A stretch of DNA of 64,000 nucleotides from Candidatus Latescibacterota bacterium (GTDB taxonomy: Bacteria > Latescibacterota > UBA2968 > UBA8231): positions 2,816,001 through 2,880,000 of the forward strand of contig OY730476.1 of NCBI GenBank assembly GCA_963422735.1, written 5' to 3'. A program made the translations under genes and the position numbers. Numbering within the stretch: position 1 is the stretch's first letter; each line of letters opens with the position of its first letter. Below the pieces are notes generated by a model. That model searched no databases, was not told the origin of the DNA, and worked only from the letters and a program-made list of their open reading frames with translations. Below, in pieces: positions 9,639-19,628 of this stretch.

Positions 9639-10285
9639 CCAACGTGGCCCACTTGGGCGGCGGCTACGCAGAGTCCGCACCCGACCCCGGCCCTACCATA
9701 GCAGCTCTCCTGCAAGCCGCTCGCCCCGGCAGCCCGTCTTCCCGCCTCGTGGTCTTGGGCGGGCCGCCCGGGGTCGGCAAAACCGCCATCGCCCAAGCCC
9801 TCCTCGCGCTCTGCCCAAACACCTTTCTCCTCGACAAAGACCAAACGGCCGCTGGTTTTATCCTCGAAGCGGGCGCACTGCGGGGCGACGCGCCCTCCAC
9901 GGCCTACGGCACTCAGCACTACTGGCAAAAGCTCCGTCCCCTCGAATATGCCAGCACCCTCTCCGCAGCTTGCGCTAACCTCGTCGGCACCCGCCAACTT
10001 CTTCTCGTCGGCGGCTTTGGCCCCGAGCTAGGCGCGGATGCCCTCTGGGAGGGTCTAGCTGCAAACATAGCCCCAGCCGCCCTCCGCGTCCTCCACCTCG
10101 ATCCACCGCCCCTAGACATTTGGCGCGCCCGCATGGCCAGCCGCGGCTCCCGCACCGACGCTCCCTATTTTGCCAATCTCGCGCGAGCCCTCGGCAGTCT
10201 TCCCGTCTGGGCCGGTGCCGTCCGCATCCCGACAGACGGCCCCCTGCACGCGGTCGTCCAACGCGCCCTCAACGCCCTCAGCTAA
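9635..10285 (+). CDS. P-loop kinase / AAA_33-like protein
   Basis: GGPPGVGKT Walker A, LLDKD; GTG overlaps the upstream TGA. Confidence 0.7.
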   Translation: MTNVAHLGGGYAESAPDPGPTIAALLQAARPGSPSSRLVVLGGPPGVGKTAIAQALLALCPNTFLLDKDQTAAGFILEAGALRGDAPSTAYGTQHYWQKLRPLEYASTLSAACANLVGTRQLLLVGGFGPELGADALWEGLAANIAPAALRVLHLDPPPLDIWRARMASRGSRTDAPYFANLARALGSLPVWAGAVRIPTDGPLHAVVQRALNALS

Positions 10286-10311
10286 AGGCACGAGGGTTGT
10301 GTGCATCAAGG

Positions 10312-10341
10312 TTGACTTTTCTCGGTTTTTCCCTTTATCTT
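10312..10341 (+). promoter_or_regulatory. Putative sigma70 promoter of the CNT transporter
   Basis: TTGACT-18 nt-TATCTT, ~10 nt before the ATG. Confidence 0.35.
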
Positions 10342-10351
10342 TTGGGATGTT

Positions 10352-11608
10352 ATGTTAATCGTCCACAGTGCCTTAGGCTACTGCGTTCTCCTTGTTATAG
10401 CCTATCTCAGCGGCCGCCGCACCCGCTCCATTCCCTGGAAAACCATCGGTATGGCCACGGTGCTCCAGCTCCTGCTGGCCGCCATCCTGCTGCAACCAGC
10501 CATCCGCTCGCTGGTGTTTGGTCTCGCCAGCGACTTGACGACCCTACTCAAAAGAACCGCACTCACCGCCAATGAGTCGCTGCTGTTTAGCGGCATGAGC
10601 GCAGAGTCGTTCGTCCGCGAGCACGGGCCAGTAGTCGCCCTCGAAATCGCGGCAATTCTCATCTTTGTGGCCTCGCTTTCGCGTGTGCTCTACCACTACC
10701 GGCTCCTCCCTTGGGTCATCGCCCGGCTCAGCCGGTTCATGCAGAAGTCAATGGGCGTCAGCTCCGCCGAGAGCGTCGGAATGACCGCCAATCTCTTTCT
10801 CGGCATGACCGAAGCCCCGCTCCTGATCCGCCCCTACGTGGCCCGCCTCACCGAAAGCGAGCTGCTGTGCCTGATGATCGGCGGCATGGCCACCATCGCC
10901 GGCACCGTGATGACCATCTACGCGACCATGCTCGGAGCGATCCACCCGGATATTGCCGGGCACCTCTTCGTCGCTTCGCTGATCAGCGCACCGGCTGCCA
11001 TCGCCGTATCCAAGCTCATGATCCCAGAAACGGCACGGGCGGAAACGGCACAAGAGAAGGCGGAACTGCCCCCTAGGGACACCCTCAATGGCCTCGACGC
11101 GGCCGCCCGCGGCGCGGCCGAGGGCATGCACTTGGTGCTCAACGTCCTCGCCATGCTCATCGCCTTTCTCGGACTAGTCGCCTTGGTCAACTATGGCCTG
11201 AGCTATCTCGACGCCCTGTTCAACGGCACGCCAAGTAGCTGGAGCTTGCAAACCATAGCCGGCGTCCTCTTCCACCCCCTGACGTGGTTGATGGGTATCC
11301 CTTGGGAGGAAGCGCGGCTCGTCGGCGAGCTCATGGGCCTGAAAACCATTCTCAACGAATTCGTCGCGTACCTAGCACTCGCCCAGCAGATGGAAGGCAA
11401 CGCCGCCTTGAGCACGCGCTCGTTCATCATCGCCACGTACGCCCTATGCGGCTTTGCCAATTTTGGCTCCGTAGCTATTATGATCGGCGGCATCGGCGGC
11501 ATCGCGCCCGAGCGGCGCGGCGACTTGGCGCGCTTGGGGCTGCGCTCGCTGGTGGGCGGTACGCTCGCGACCATGGCGACCGGCTGCGTGATTGGGCTAT
11601 ACCTGTGA
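10352..11608 (+). CDS. nupC: Concentrative nucleoside transporter (NupC/CNT family)
   Basis: FLGMTEAPLLIRPY, MATIAG, KTILNEFVAY, YALCGFANFGS. Confidence 0.9.
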   Translation: MLIVHSALGYCVLLVIAYLSGRRTRSIPWKTIGMATVLQLLLAAILLQPAIRSLVFGLASDLTTLLKRTALTANESLLFSGMSAESFVREHGPVVALEIAAILIFVASLSRVLYHYRLLPWVIARLSRFMQKSMGVSSAESVGMTANLFLGMTEAPLLIRPYVARLTESELLCLMIGGMATIAGTVMTIYATMLGAIHPDIAGHLFVASLISAPAAIAVSKLMIPETARAETAQEKAELPPRDTLNGLDAAARGAAEGMHLVLNVLAMLIAFLGLVALVNYGLSYLDALFNGTPSSWSLQTIAGVLFHPLTWLMGIPWEEARLVGELMGLKTILNEFVAYLALAQQMEGNAALSTRSFIIATYALCGFANFGSVAIMIGGIGGIAPERRGDLARLGLRSLVGGTLATMATGCVIGLYL

Positions 11609-11660
11609 AACGCAGTGACACTTCGGGCGTCATACACTAGCTAGCTAAAGCGGGAAGCAG

Positions 11661-11909
11661 ATGAAGAGAAAAAAGACGACCTATCGCGCCCGGTTTGACG
11701 GACACCGGCGGCTCGCTGCCGCGGTCATCATCCAAGCCGTCAAAGACGTGCAGACCGCGGATTGCAATCAAGAGCGGCAGACGGCTATCGACTTCCTCAC
11801 CGGGGACATGTGGCCCTTTTCCGATGTGCTCGACCTGCCTTTAGACGGTCGCGCCCTCTGCGAGTACCTACGCACTATGGAGATCGCTTCCACCGAACCC
11901 CTTGGCTGA
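11661..11909 (+). CDS. Small hypothetical protein
   Basis: 82-aa ORF with purine-rich RBS region; RRLAAAVIIQAVKD helix. Confidence 0.55.
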   Translation: MKRKKTTYRARFDGHRRLAAAVIIQAVKDVQTADCNQERQTAIDFLTGDMWPFSDVLDLPLDGRALCEYLRTMEIASTEPLG

Positions 11910-11963
11910 CCTTCGGCAGAAGCGGTATTTCCCGTGGCGCATCTAACCCGGAGACGACCCCTC

Positions 11964-12776
11964 ATGGAACTTTCGCCCGCGCAGATTCGCTTCTTCGAGA
12001 CTTTCGGCTACCTCTACTTCCCGCGGCTTTTTGCCCCCGACGAGATCGCCTGGATCACCGAGGAGTTTGAGATCTCCATCCAAGCCTACGGCAACGGTGC
12101 TCAACACGACGGCACCAAGCGCACCATGTTCGGCGGCCCCATCGAGCACCGCGAGCGGCTTTGCACCCTCATAGACGACGAGCGCATCGTCGGGATCTGC
12201 AACGGCGTCCTCGGCGCGAACTTCAACTACGCCAGCGGCGACGGCAACTACTACAGCGGCGATACCGGCTGGCACCCCGATGGCAATTGGGGCCAGCTTT
12301 TCTCGGTCAAAATCGCCTTCTACTTAGACGACCTGACCCGCGACACGGGCTGCCTGTGCATACTGCCCGGCAGCCACCACCCCAACCACTTCGTCCGCGC
12401 CGAGGGCCTTGACCTCAACAAGTCTATGGAGCTGTTCGGCGTCGAGCCGCGCGATGTCCCCGGCAACCTCGCGCTCGAGACAACCCCCGGCGACCTCGTC
12501 ATCTTCAACCACGACCTCTATCACGCCTCCTTCGGCGGCGACCAGCGGCGGCGCATGTTTACCATGAACCTCACCCGTCCCTGCACCAACTATGCAGACC
12601 AAGCCACCCTCAAAGACTATCTCCGCCAGCACTCTCCCGGCGGCTACCAAGTCGTCACCGGCGGCGGCATGTTCTATCCCACCATGCTCGATACCGCCAG
12701 CCCAGAGCGCATGGTTCATCTGCGCCAATGCGCCGAAGTCCACGACGAGATCTTCCCAGAATTAGCGCGGCATTGA
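11964..12776 (+). CDS. PhyH family dioxygenase
   Basis: FFETFGYL, WHPD, LPGSH, PGDLVIFNHDLYHAS, RRMF. Confidence 0.85.
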   Translation: MELSPAQIRFFETFGYLYFPRLFAPDEIAWITEEFEISIQAYGNGAQHDGTKRTMFGGPIEHRERLCTLIDDERIVGICNGVLGANFNYASGDGNYYSGDTGWHPDGNWGQLFSVKIAFYLDDLTRDTGCLCILPGSHHPNHFVRAEGLDLNKSMELFGVEPRDVPGNLALETTPGDLVIFNHDLYHASFGGDQRRRMFTMNLTRPCTNYADQATLKDYLRQHSPGGYQVVTGGGMFYPTMLDTASPERMVHLRQCAEVHDEIFPELARH

Positions 12777-12807
12777 CGGCCAGCCCACTCGTGTAGATAT
12801 TTTCTAC

Positions 12808-12883
<76 letters not shown>

Positions 12884-12892
12884 TCTTTGCCG

Positions 12893-12925
12893 AGGGGGTG
12901 CGGATGCCGTTTCCGCATCCCCTTT
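12893..12925 (+). terminator. Putative intrinsic terminator after tRNA
   Basis: AGGGGGTGCGGA / TCCGCATCCCCT stem followed by short T run. Confidence 0.55.
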
Positions 12926-12964
12926 GGTTGCGGATTCGCGCCTTCCCATCGCCCTGCCTCATCC

Positions 12965-12993
12965 TTGACATTTCGCAGTTCAAAGCATAAAAT
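12965..12993 (+). promoter_or_regulatory. Sigma70-type promoter for TPR-efp-acc operon
   Basis: TTGACA-17 nt-TAAAAT. Confidence 0.7.
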
Positions 12994-13037
12994 AGCCTCT
13001 CGTTTCAGCCGCCTTAGCACCTCCCATTCCCATCGCC

Positions 13038-13853
13038 ATGGCCGACTCCATAGCCAAACTGGAAAAAGCATTCCGACGCGATCCGGATTCCCCGCGCTTT
13101 GCTCGCCTCGCCGATCTCTATCTCAAGCGCGGGCGCATCGAGCGAGCCCTCGAGCTTTGCCAAAAGGGCTGTGCGAATTTTCCCGATTACGCCACTGGCT
13201 TTATCGTCCTCAGCAAGTGCTATGAGAAACGGGGGGCCTTGGAAGAAGCGCGCGAGGCCATGGGGCAAGCCCTGCGACTCGACCCGGAAAACCCCGGCGG
13301 GTACAAGCGCCTCGCCCACCTCTTTGAGCAACTCGGCGTCGCGCCGCTGGCCTTGAAAAGCCTACGCCAAGCCGCATACCTCGATCCTTTCGATGCCTCT
13401 CTAGCAGAGCGAATCGACCGCTTCAGCAGCCGAACCCGCCAAGACGCGCCCGCGCCCGAAGCCGAAGAGTTTGTCGCCAGCACGCTCCCGGAAGCCCTCG
13501 AAGCCGAAACTCCTCAGCCCCAAGCCCTGCCGCCTCGGTCGCCAGAAGACCACGAGGACCTGTACGGCGACACCAACGACAGCGAATTGCTCCGCCTCTT
13601 GCAGGAGATCGAAGAAGAGAAAGCCGCCGAACCGGTGCCCGCACCTGAGGAGCCGCCCACCCCGGCCAACAGCGAGCCGAGCGCACCGAAACGCAAGCGC
13701 ATCGCCACCATGACGCTGGCCGAGATCTACACCACTCAGGGCTTGACCCAGAAGGCGATAGAAACGTATCGCGAGCTCCTCGAACAGGAGCCGACCAACA
13801 TCATCATCCGCAGCAAGCTAACTTCGCTACAAAAAGACAGCAACGCACACTAA
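13038..13853 (+). CDS. Tetratricopeptide repeat protein
   Basis: FARLADLY...ALRLDPEN; C-terminal TMTLAEIYTTQG TPR. Confidence 0.8.
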   Translation: MADSIAKLEKAFRRDPDSPRFARLADLYLKRGRIERALELCQKGCANFPDYATGFIVLSKCYEKRGALEEAREAMGQALRLDPENPGGYKRLAHLFEQLGVAPLALKSLRQAAYLDPFDASLAERIDRFSSRTRQDAPAPEAEEFVASTLPEALEAETPQPQALPPRSPEDHEDLYGDTNDSELLRLLQEIEEEKAAEPVPAPEEPPTPANSEPSAPKRKRIATMTLAEIYTTQGLTQKAIETYRELLEQEPTNIIIRSKLTSLQKDSNAH

Positions 13854-13863
13854 CGGGAGCGAT

Positions 13864-14421
13864 ATGGCAGACACCACGGATTTTAGAAACGGTTTTACTA
13901 TGTCTCTCGACGGTGCGATCTTCTCCATCGTCGAGTTTCAGCACGTCAAACCGGGCAAGGGCAGTGCCTTCGTGCGCACCAAGCTCAAAAATACCAAGAC
14001 AGGTGCCGTGCTCGACCGCACCTTCCGCTCGGGCGACAAGGTCGAAGCAGTCCGGCTCGAAAGGCACCAGATGCAATATCTATATTCCGACCAAGGACTG
14101 TACTACTTCATGGACTTGGACACCTACGATCATATCCCGGTGTCCGCAGAGATCGTCGGCGCGGCAAGTAACCTCCTCAAAGAAGGCGAGAACGCTTTCC
14201 TCCTCATAGCAGGCGAGGAGGTCGTCGCCGTTGACCTACCCAACTTCGTCTCCCTTGCCGTCTCCCACACCGAACCGGGCGTCAAGGGCGACACCGCCAC
14301 CGGCGCGGTCAAGCCAGCCACCTTAGAGACCGGCTACGTGGTACAAGTGCCACTCTTTATCAATAGAGGCGATCGGCTCAAGGTCGATACCCGCACTGGC
14401 GAATACGTAGAGCGCGTTTGA
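13864..14421 (+). CDS. efp: Elongation factor P
   Basis: HVKPGKGSAFVRTK, PGVKGDT, KVDTRTGEYVER. Confidence 0.97.
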   Translation: MADTTDFRNGFTMSLDGAIFSIVEFQHVKPGKGSAFVRTKLKNTKTGAVLDRTFRSGDKVEAVRLERHQMQYLYSDQGLYYFMDLDTYDHIPVSAEIVGAASNLLKEGENAFLLIAGEEVVAVDLPNFVSLAVSHTEPGVKGDTATGAVKPATLETGYVVQVPLFINRGDRLKVDTRTGEYVERV

Positions 14422-14439
14422 GAAAGGACGACACCTCCT

Positions 14440-14892
14440 GTGAACGAAGGCAAGCTGCGCAAACTGCTAGAGCTTTTCCACGATAGCGACATAGAAGAGT
14501 TAGAGATCCAACACAGCTTCTGGCACGGTACGCGCATCCGCCTGGCCCGCAACCGTGCGCCCTCACCAGTGGCACCCGCCGCGCTAGCGCCCATCGCGCC
14601 CACGCCCACTGAACCCACTGAGCCAGCGCCTACCGAAAAAACCGACGACGGTCTGCACGAGGTGCTCTCGCCCATGGTCGGCACGTTTTACCGGGCTGCC
14701 TCGCCCGAGGCCGACCTCTTTGTGCGCGAGGGGCAGCGCGTCGAAAGCGGCCAGACCCTCTGCATCATCGAAGCCATGAAGATCATGAACGAGATTCCAG
14801 CGGATATCCAAGGCGAAGTAGTCGAGATCCTCGTCGGCGACGCCCAGCCCGTTGAGTACAATCAAGCCCTGTTCAAAATTCGCCCCAGCTAA
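14440..14892 (+). CDS. accB: Biotin carboxyl carrier protein
   Basis: [17 protein letters not shown]. Confidence 0.95.
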   Translation: MNEGKLRKLLELFHDSDIEELEIQHSFWHGTRIRLARNRAPSPVAPAALAPIAPTPTEPTEPAPTEKTDDGLHEVLSPMVGTFYRAASPEADLFVREGQRVESGQTLCIIEAMKIMNEIPADIQGEVVEILVGDAQPVEYNQALFKIRPS

Positions 14893-14899
14893 GACGGCT

Positions 14900-16246
14900 G
14901 TGTTCGAGAAAGTCCTCATCGCCGATCGCGGCGAAATCGCGTTGCGCGTCATCCGCGCCTGCCAAGAGATGGGCATCGCGACGGTAGCCGTCCACTCCCT
15001 TGCCGACACCCACTCCCTGCACGTGTCCTTTGCCGACGAGGACGTCTGCATCGGGCCGGCTGCCGGCAAGGACAGCTACCGCAACATTGTCAATATCATC
15101 AGCGCCGCCGAACTGACTAACGCCGACGCGATCCACCCCGGCTATGGCCCCTTGGCCGAAAACGCCGATTTCTCCGAGATCTGCGCCGATTGCGGGATCC
15201 AGTTTATCGGCCCGCCGACCGCGTCCATCCGCAAGATGGGTGACAAGGCCGTCGCCCGCCACACTATGCAGGAGGCCGGCGTGCCCATAGTGCCGGGCAG
15301 CGAGGGCGCACTTCAATCGCTGGACGACACCCGTCAATGGGCGGAAAAGATCGGCTTCCCGCTGCGTCTCAAGGCCGCTGCTGGCGGCGGCGGGCGCGGT
15401 ATGCGGGTCGTCCGCAGCATGGATGAATTAGAAGAAGCCTATCAGATGGCGCGCCGCGAAGCACGCACTGCCTTTACCAGCGACGCAGTGTACATGGAAC
15501 GCTCCATCGAAGAGTCGCGCCACATCGAAATCCAAGTTCTCGGCGACCAGCACGGGCACCTCGTCCATCTCGGCGAGCGCGAATGTTCCATCCAGCGTCG
15601 GCACCAGAAGCTCTTGGAAGAAAGCCCCTCGCCAGTAGTCGACGCCGACTTGCGCCAACGGCTCGGCGAGTCCGCCCTCGCCGCCGCAGCGGCCGTCGGC
15701 TACTACAGCGCGGGCACCATTGAGTTCCTCGTCGGTTCAGACCACAACTTCTACTTCATGGAGATGAATACCCGCATCCAAGTCGAACACCCGGTCACCG
15801 AGATGGTCACCGGCATCGACTTAGTCGGGGAACAGATCCGCATCGCGGCTGGCGAATCCCTGAGCTTTGGCCAAGAGGACATCCAGCTCAAAGGGCATGC
15901 CATTGAATGCCGGATCAACGCCGAGGATCCCGCGCGAAACTTCATCCCCTCTTCGGGCATCATCGAGGCCCTCCACCTGCCGGGCGGACCCGGCGTCCGC
16001 ATCGACAGCCACATCTATCAAGGCTACGAGATTCCTCCGTACTACGACTCCCTGCTGGCCAAGGTCATCGCCTACGGCCCCGACCGCCAAGGTGCCATAG
16101 CGCGGATGCGTCGAGTCTTAAGCGAATGCACCATAGAAGGCGTAGCCACCACTCTGCCCTTTCACCAAACCCTACTCACCGAACCCGACTTTATCGCCGG
16201 GCAGTTCGACACCAACTACGTAGCCAACGCGGAGCGGCCGTCTTAA
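14900..16246 (+). CDS. accC: Biotin carboxylase
   Basis: [42 protein letters not shown]. Confidence 0.95.
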   Translation: MFEKVLIADRGEIALRVIRACQEMGIATVAVHSLADTHSLHVSFADEDVCIGPAAGKDSYRNIVNIISAAELTNADAIHPGYGPLAENADFSEICADCGIQFIGPPTASIRKMGDKAVARHTMQEAGVPIVPGSEGALQSLDDTRQWAEKIGFPLRLKAAAGGGGRGMRVVRSMDELEEAYQMARREARTAFTSDAVYMERSIEESRHIEIQVLGDQHGHLVHLGERECSIQRRHQKLLEESPSPVVDADLRQRLGESALAAAAAVGYYSAGTIEFLVGSDHNFYFMEMNTRIQVEHPVTEMVTGIDLVGEQIRIAAGESLSFGQEDIQLKGHAIECRINAEDPARNFIPSSGIIEALHLPGGPGVRIDSHIYQGYEIPPYYDSLLAKVIAYGPDRQGAIARMRRVLSECTIEGVATTLPFHQTLLTEPDFIAGQFDTNYVANAERPS

Positions 16247-16265
16247 ACAAGCACGAGAGGCGTTT

Positions 16266-16658
16266 ATGAGCCAGACCCAGATCCCCGAACACTTGCTCTA
16301 CTCGGAAAGCCACGAATGGCTTCTACTAGAAAGCGGCATCGCCACCATCGGCGTTACGGATTTTGCACAAACCGAGTTGGGAGACATAGTATTCGCCGAG
16401 TTGCCCGAGGTGGGCGAACACCTCGAAAGGGGCGAAACCTTCGGCACGCTCGAGGCGGTTAAGACCGTCGCCGACCTCATCGCCCCGACTTCCGGCGAGA
16501 TGCTAGAAGTCAACGACAGTCTCGCAGAAGGGGCCGAACAGATCAACGAAGACCCTTATGGCGGCGGTTGGCTGCTCAAGATCCGCATCGACGACTCTGC
16601 GGACTTGGAGTACTTACTCAGTGCCCAAGATTACGCCGACCTGCTCGCCAACCACTAA
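16266..16658 (+). CDS. gcvH: Glycine cleavage system H protein
   Basis: HEW, GVTDFAQTELGD, EAVKTV lipoyl-Lys, NEDPYGGGW. Confidence 0.95.
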   Translation: MSQTQIPEHLLYSESHEWLLLESGIATIGVTDFAQTELGDIVFAELPEVGEHLERGETFGTLEAVKTVADLIAPTSGEMLEVNDSLAEGAEQINEDPYGGGWLLKIRIDDSADLEYLLSAQDYADLLANH

Positions 16659-16694
16659 CCTTGCACTTGTTCATCACAAGTACGCTTTTTATAA

Positions 16695-16825
16695 GAAGCC
16701 GTCTGAAAATTCCGGGTGCGCCGCGCACTTCGCCGCGCCTGTCCTGCCTAAAGGCAGGGTGAAGCAGGCGCGACAGGCCACGAGGGGTTTGTCGCGCCTA
16801 AAGGAGCGGTGAGGCAGACAGCTTC
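16695..16825. mobile_element. MITE-like element (131 bp)
   Basis: TIRs GAAGCCGTCTG / CAGACAGCTTC (1 mismatch), TAA on both sides, second partial copy at 7245. Confidence 0.75.
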
Positions 16826-16934
16826 TAAGGAATGCAAATTGTGTCGTGGGAGGGTGAAGCTATATAAAATCCAATCCGAGGGTTGGAACATGCTAGAAAC
16901 GGCTTAAAAGCTTAAATTCAACTAGCTCTACACC

Positions 16935-17450
16935 GTGGATGGACCCTTGCTGGAAAGAACCGTACTAGTCCTCAATCAAAACTACGAGCCCCTGAGCGTC
17001 TGCAGCGTACGCCGGGCCTTGCTGCTGATCTTGCGCGGCAAGGCCGAAGCCGTCGAAAAGATGGGCGAGGTAATCCACTCGATCTCCCAAGACTATCCGG
17101 TGCCCAGCGTCGTCCGCCTCGGGCGCTACATCCGCGCCCCGCGCCGACGGGTCGTGCTTTCCAAGCGCAATATCCTCAAGCGCGATAACCATCAGTGCCA
17201 GTACTGCGGCAGCAAAGACGGCAAGCTGACGGTCGATCACATCGTGCCGCGCACCAAAGGAGGTCAAGGGACTTGGGAAAACCTCGTCTGCGCCTGCTCC
17301 CTGTGCAACAACAAGAAGGGCGAACACCGGCCCGAGCAAGTCGGCCTCGTGCTGCGCACTAACCCCAAGCGCCCCAACAACGTGAGCTTCATCCGCAACT
17401 TCGTCGGCATCGACGATCAGCGCTGGAAACCATATCTTTTTATTGACTAA
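16935..17450 (+). CDS. HNH endonuclease (McrA-like)
   Basis: LVLNQNYEPL, RDNHQCQYCG, TVDHIVPR..GG...WENLVCAC..CNNKKG. Confidence 0.9.
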   Translation: MDGPLLERTVLVLNQNYEPLSVCSVRRALLLILRGKAEAVEKMGEVIHSISQDYPVPSVVRLGRYIRAPRRRVVLSKRNILKRDNHQCQYCGSKDGKLTVDHIVPRTKGGQGTWENLVCACSLCNNKKGEHRPEQVGLVLRTNPKRPNNVSFIRNFVGIDDQRWKPYLFID

Positions 17451-17463
17451 GGCAGGCGCTCTC

Positions 17464-18246
17464 ATGGAACGCGACGCGATCGAACAAGAAGAATCGGCTC
17501 TCTACGAAGTCAAGCTCGACGTCTTTGAAGGTCCGATGGACCTGTTGCTCTATCTGATACGCAAAGACGAGTTGGACATCTACGACATTCCCATCGCCCA
17601 CATCACCACCCAGTACTTGGGCTTTTTGCAACACATTCACCAGCTCGACATCGAGCAGGCCAGCGACTTCATCCTCATGGCGGCCACCCTGCTGCGGATC
17701 AAGTCGCAGATGATGCTGCCCCGCGAGGAACTCGGTCTCGACGACGACGGCGAAGAAGACCCAAAGGCAGAGTTGGTCCGCCGCCTGCTAGAGTACCAGC
17801 AGTTTAAGGACATCGCCGACTGGTTGGGCGTGCGCAAAGACGAGCGGCGCGACGTGTACCTGCGCCGCCAAGGGCCTGGCGACAGCGTTAAAGAGTCGGC
17901 CCAGTTACGGCCCGTATCGCTCTTCGACCTATTGGTCGTGTACAAGCACGTGCTCGACACTGTGCCCAAAAACCTAGTACACCAAATCGTCGAAGAAGAG
18001 GTCTCGGTCGCCGAGTGCATAGACTATCTGTTGGCGGTGCTCGTGCGCTGCTCGCGCATCAGCTTCATGGACTTGCTCCAAGGCCGCGACCGCCAAGCCC
18101 TAATCGCCACCTTTGTCGGGGTCCTAGAACTGCTCAAATCGCAGCGCGTCCGCGTGCAACAGGCGCGGCCTTTCGACGAGATCTGGATCGAACAATCACC
18201 ACTCCAACCGACCGCAGCGGAGGCTATTCAGACCCGTGACCCATGA
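17464..18246 (+). CDS. scpA: Segregation/condensation protein A
   Basis: FEGPMDLLLYLI, MAATLLRIKS, LVRRLLEY, TFVGVLEL. Confidence 0.93.
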   Translation: MERDAIEQEESALYEVKLDVFEGPMDLLLYLIRKDELDIYDIPIAHITTQYLGFLQHIHQLDIEQASDFILMAATLLRIKSQMMLPREELGLDDDGEEDPKAELVRRLLEYQQFKDIADWLGVRKDERRDVYLRRQGPGDSVKESAQLRPVSLFDLLVVYKHVLDTVPKNLVHQIVEEEVSVAECIDYLLAVLVRCSRISFMDLLQGRDRQALIATFVGVLELLKSQRVRVQQARPFDEIWIEQSPLQPTAAEAIQTRDP

Positions 18247-18892
18247 ACCCACAGCGGCCTCGCGTGACGTCGATCCTGCGAAGGCTCGGGCGATCATTGA
18301 GGCCCTTCTGCTGACGGCGACCGAGCCGGTGACCCCGGGCCGCCTCGTCCACCTGCTCGCCGGGTACAACGGCCGCGATATCCGCGAGGCCATCGACGCG
18401 CTCAACGCCCAGTACGAAGCGGCCGGGCACGGGATCGAAGTCGTCGAACTAGCGGGCGGCTATCAGCTCGCCTCGCGCCAAGAATGCGGACCTTGGCTGC
18501 GCAAGTATCACAAGACCTCGCGCCAAGTGCGCCTCTCGTCGGCGGGCCTCGAAGTCCTCGCCATCGTCGCCTTCAAGCAGCCAGTAACCCGCGTCGAGAT
18601 CGACAACATTCGCGGCGTTAGCTCGGCCAGCGTGTTGCAAACGCTGATGGAACTCAACATGGTCCGCCTCGCCGGCCGCTCCGAGGGCATTGGCAAGCCC
18701 ATGCTCTTTGGCACGACCCGAGAATTTTTGGTCCATTTTGGTCTGAGGGGCTTGGGCGAGTTGCCCAAGCCCAAGGAATTAGAAGAGCTACTCGCCGAAG
18801 GCCAGCAGCCGACCGCAGCCCGCCAGCTCGCCTCCGAGCTGGACGAGTTGCAAAAGCAGGCGGAGGAAGGGGACGAAGGTGAACGTTCCTGA
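18236..18892 (+). CDS. scpB: Segregation/condensation protein B
   Basis: LEVLAIVAFKQPVTRVEIDNIRGV, FGTTREFLVHFGL. Confidence 0.93.
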   Translation: MTHEPTAASRDVDPAKARAIIEALLLTATEPVTPGRLVHLLAGYNGRDIREAIDALNAQYEAAGHGIEVVELAGGYQLASRQECGPWLRKYHKTSRQVRLSSAGLEVLAIVAFKQPVTRVEIDNIRGVSSASVLQTLMELNMVRLAGRSEGIGKPMLFGTTREFLVHFGLRGLGELPKPKELEELLAEGQQPTAARQLASELDELQKQAEEGDEGERS

Positions 18893-19628
18893 GCCGCAAA
18901 TGCGCCTCAATCGCTTCTTGGCCCGCTGCGGCGTGGCCTCGCGCCGCCACAGCGATGCACTGATACAAAGCGGCGCGGTGCGCGTCAACGGCGAGGTCGT
19001 CGCCGAGCCAGGCCGAGTAATCGCCGTGAGTGCCGACCGAGTCGAGTGCCGCGGCCGGATCCTCGCCCTGCCCGGCCAGTATGAATATGTGCTTTTGCAC
19101 AAACCGGTCGGATATCTAGTCACCCGCAGCGACCCACGCGACCGGCCCACGGTCTTTGACCTCTTGCCCGACCTCCACCCAGGCACCGTGCCCGTGGGTC
19201 GTCTCGACCTCGATACAACCGGGCTTTTGCTGCTGACCGACGACGGTGCCCTCGGCCATCGGCTGCTGCACCCGCGCTTTCTCGTCGCCAAACGCTACGA
19301 GGCCATCGTCAGCGGCGACCCGCACGAGGACCAGCTCGGCCGGCTGCGCGAAGGCATCGCACTCGGCGACGGACCCACAGCACCGGCTCAGGTACAAGTC
19401 GAGGATCGCTGGAGTAGCGGTTGGACCAAGCAGGCGCGGCTGACCCTTTGCATTCACGAGGGGCGCAAGCGCCAAGTCCGCCGCATGCTCCGCGCCGTCG
19501 GCTACCCGGTTCGGCAATTGACGCGGGTCGAATTTGCCGGGCTGACTCTCGGCCCGCTCGCCGCCGGCCAGCACCGCCGCCTCAGCCCCGGAGAGGCCCG
19601 TCGCCTCAAAGCCGAGGTCGGCTTGTGA
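18879..19628 (+). CDS. rluB: rRNA pseudouridine synthase (RluB/RsuA family)
   Basis: S4 domain GVASRR; VGRLDLDTTGLLLLTDDG; EGRKRQVRRM. Confidence 0.88.
   Translation: MNVPEPQMRLNRFLARCGVASRRHSDALIQSGAVRVNGEVVAEPGRVIAVSADRVECRGRILALPGQYEYVLLHKPVGYLVTRSDPRDRPTVFDLLPDLHPGTVPVGRLDLDTTGLLLLTDDGALGHRLLHPRFLVAKRYEAIVSGDPHEDQLGRLREGIALGDGPTAPAQVQVEDRWSSGWTKQARLTLCIHEGRKRQVRRMLRAVGYPVRQLTRVEFAGLTLGPLAAGQHRRLSPGEARRLKAEVGL

Noticed and set aside
16935-17450. HNH nuclease as a defence or RNA-guided effector with the upstream structured repeat as guide
   Set aside because: Common stand-alone McrA-like family; the upstream structure is explained by a MITE present elsewhere without a nuclease
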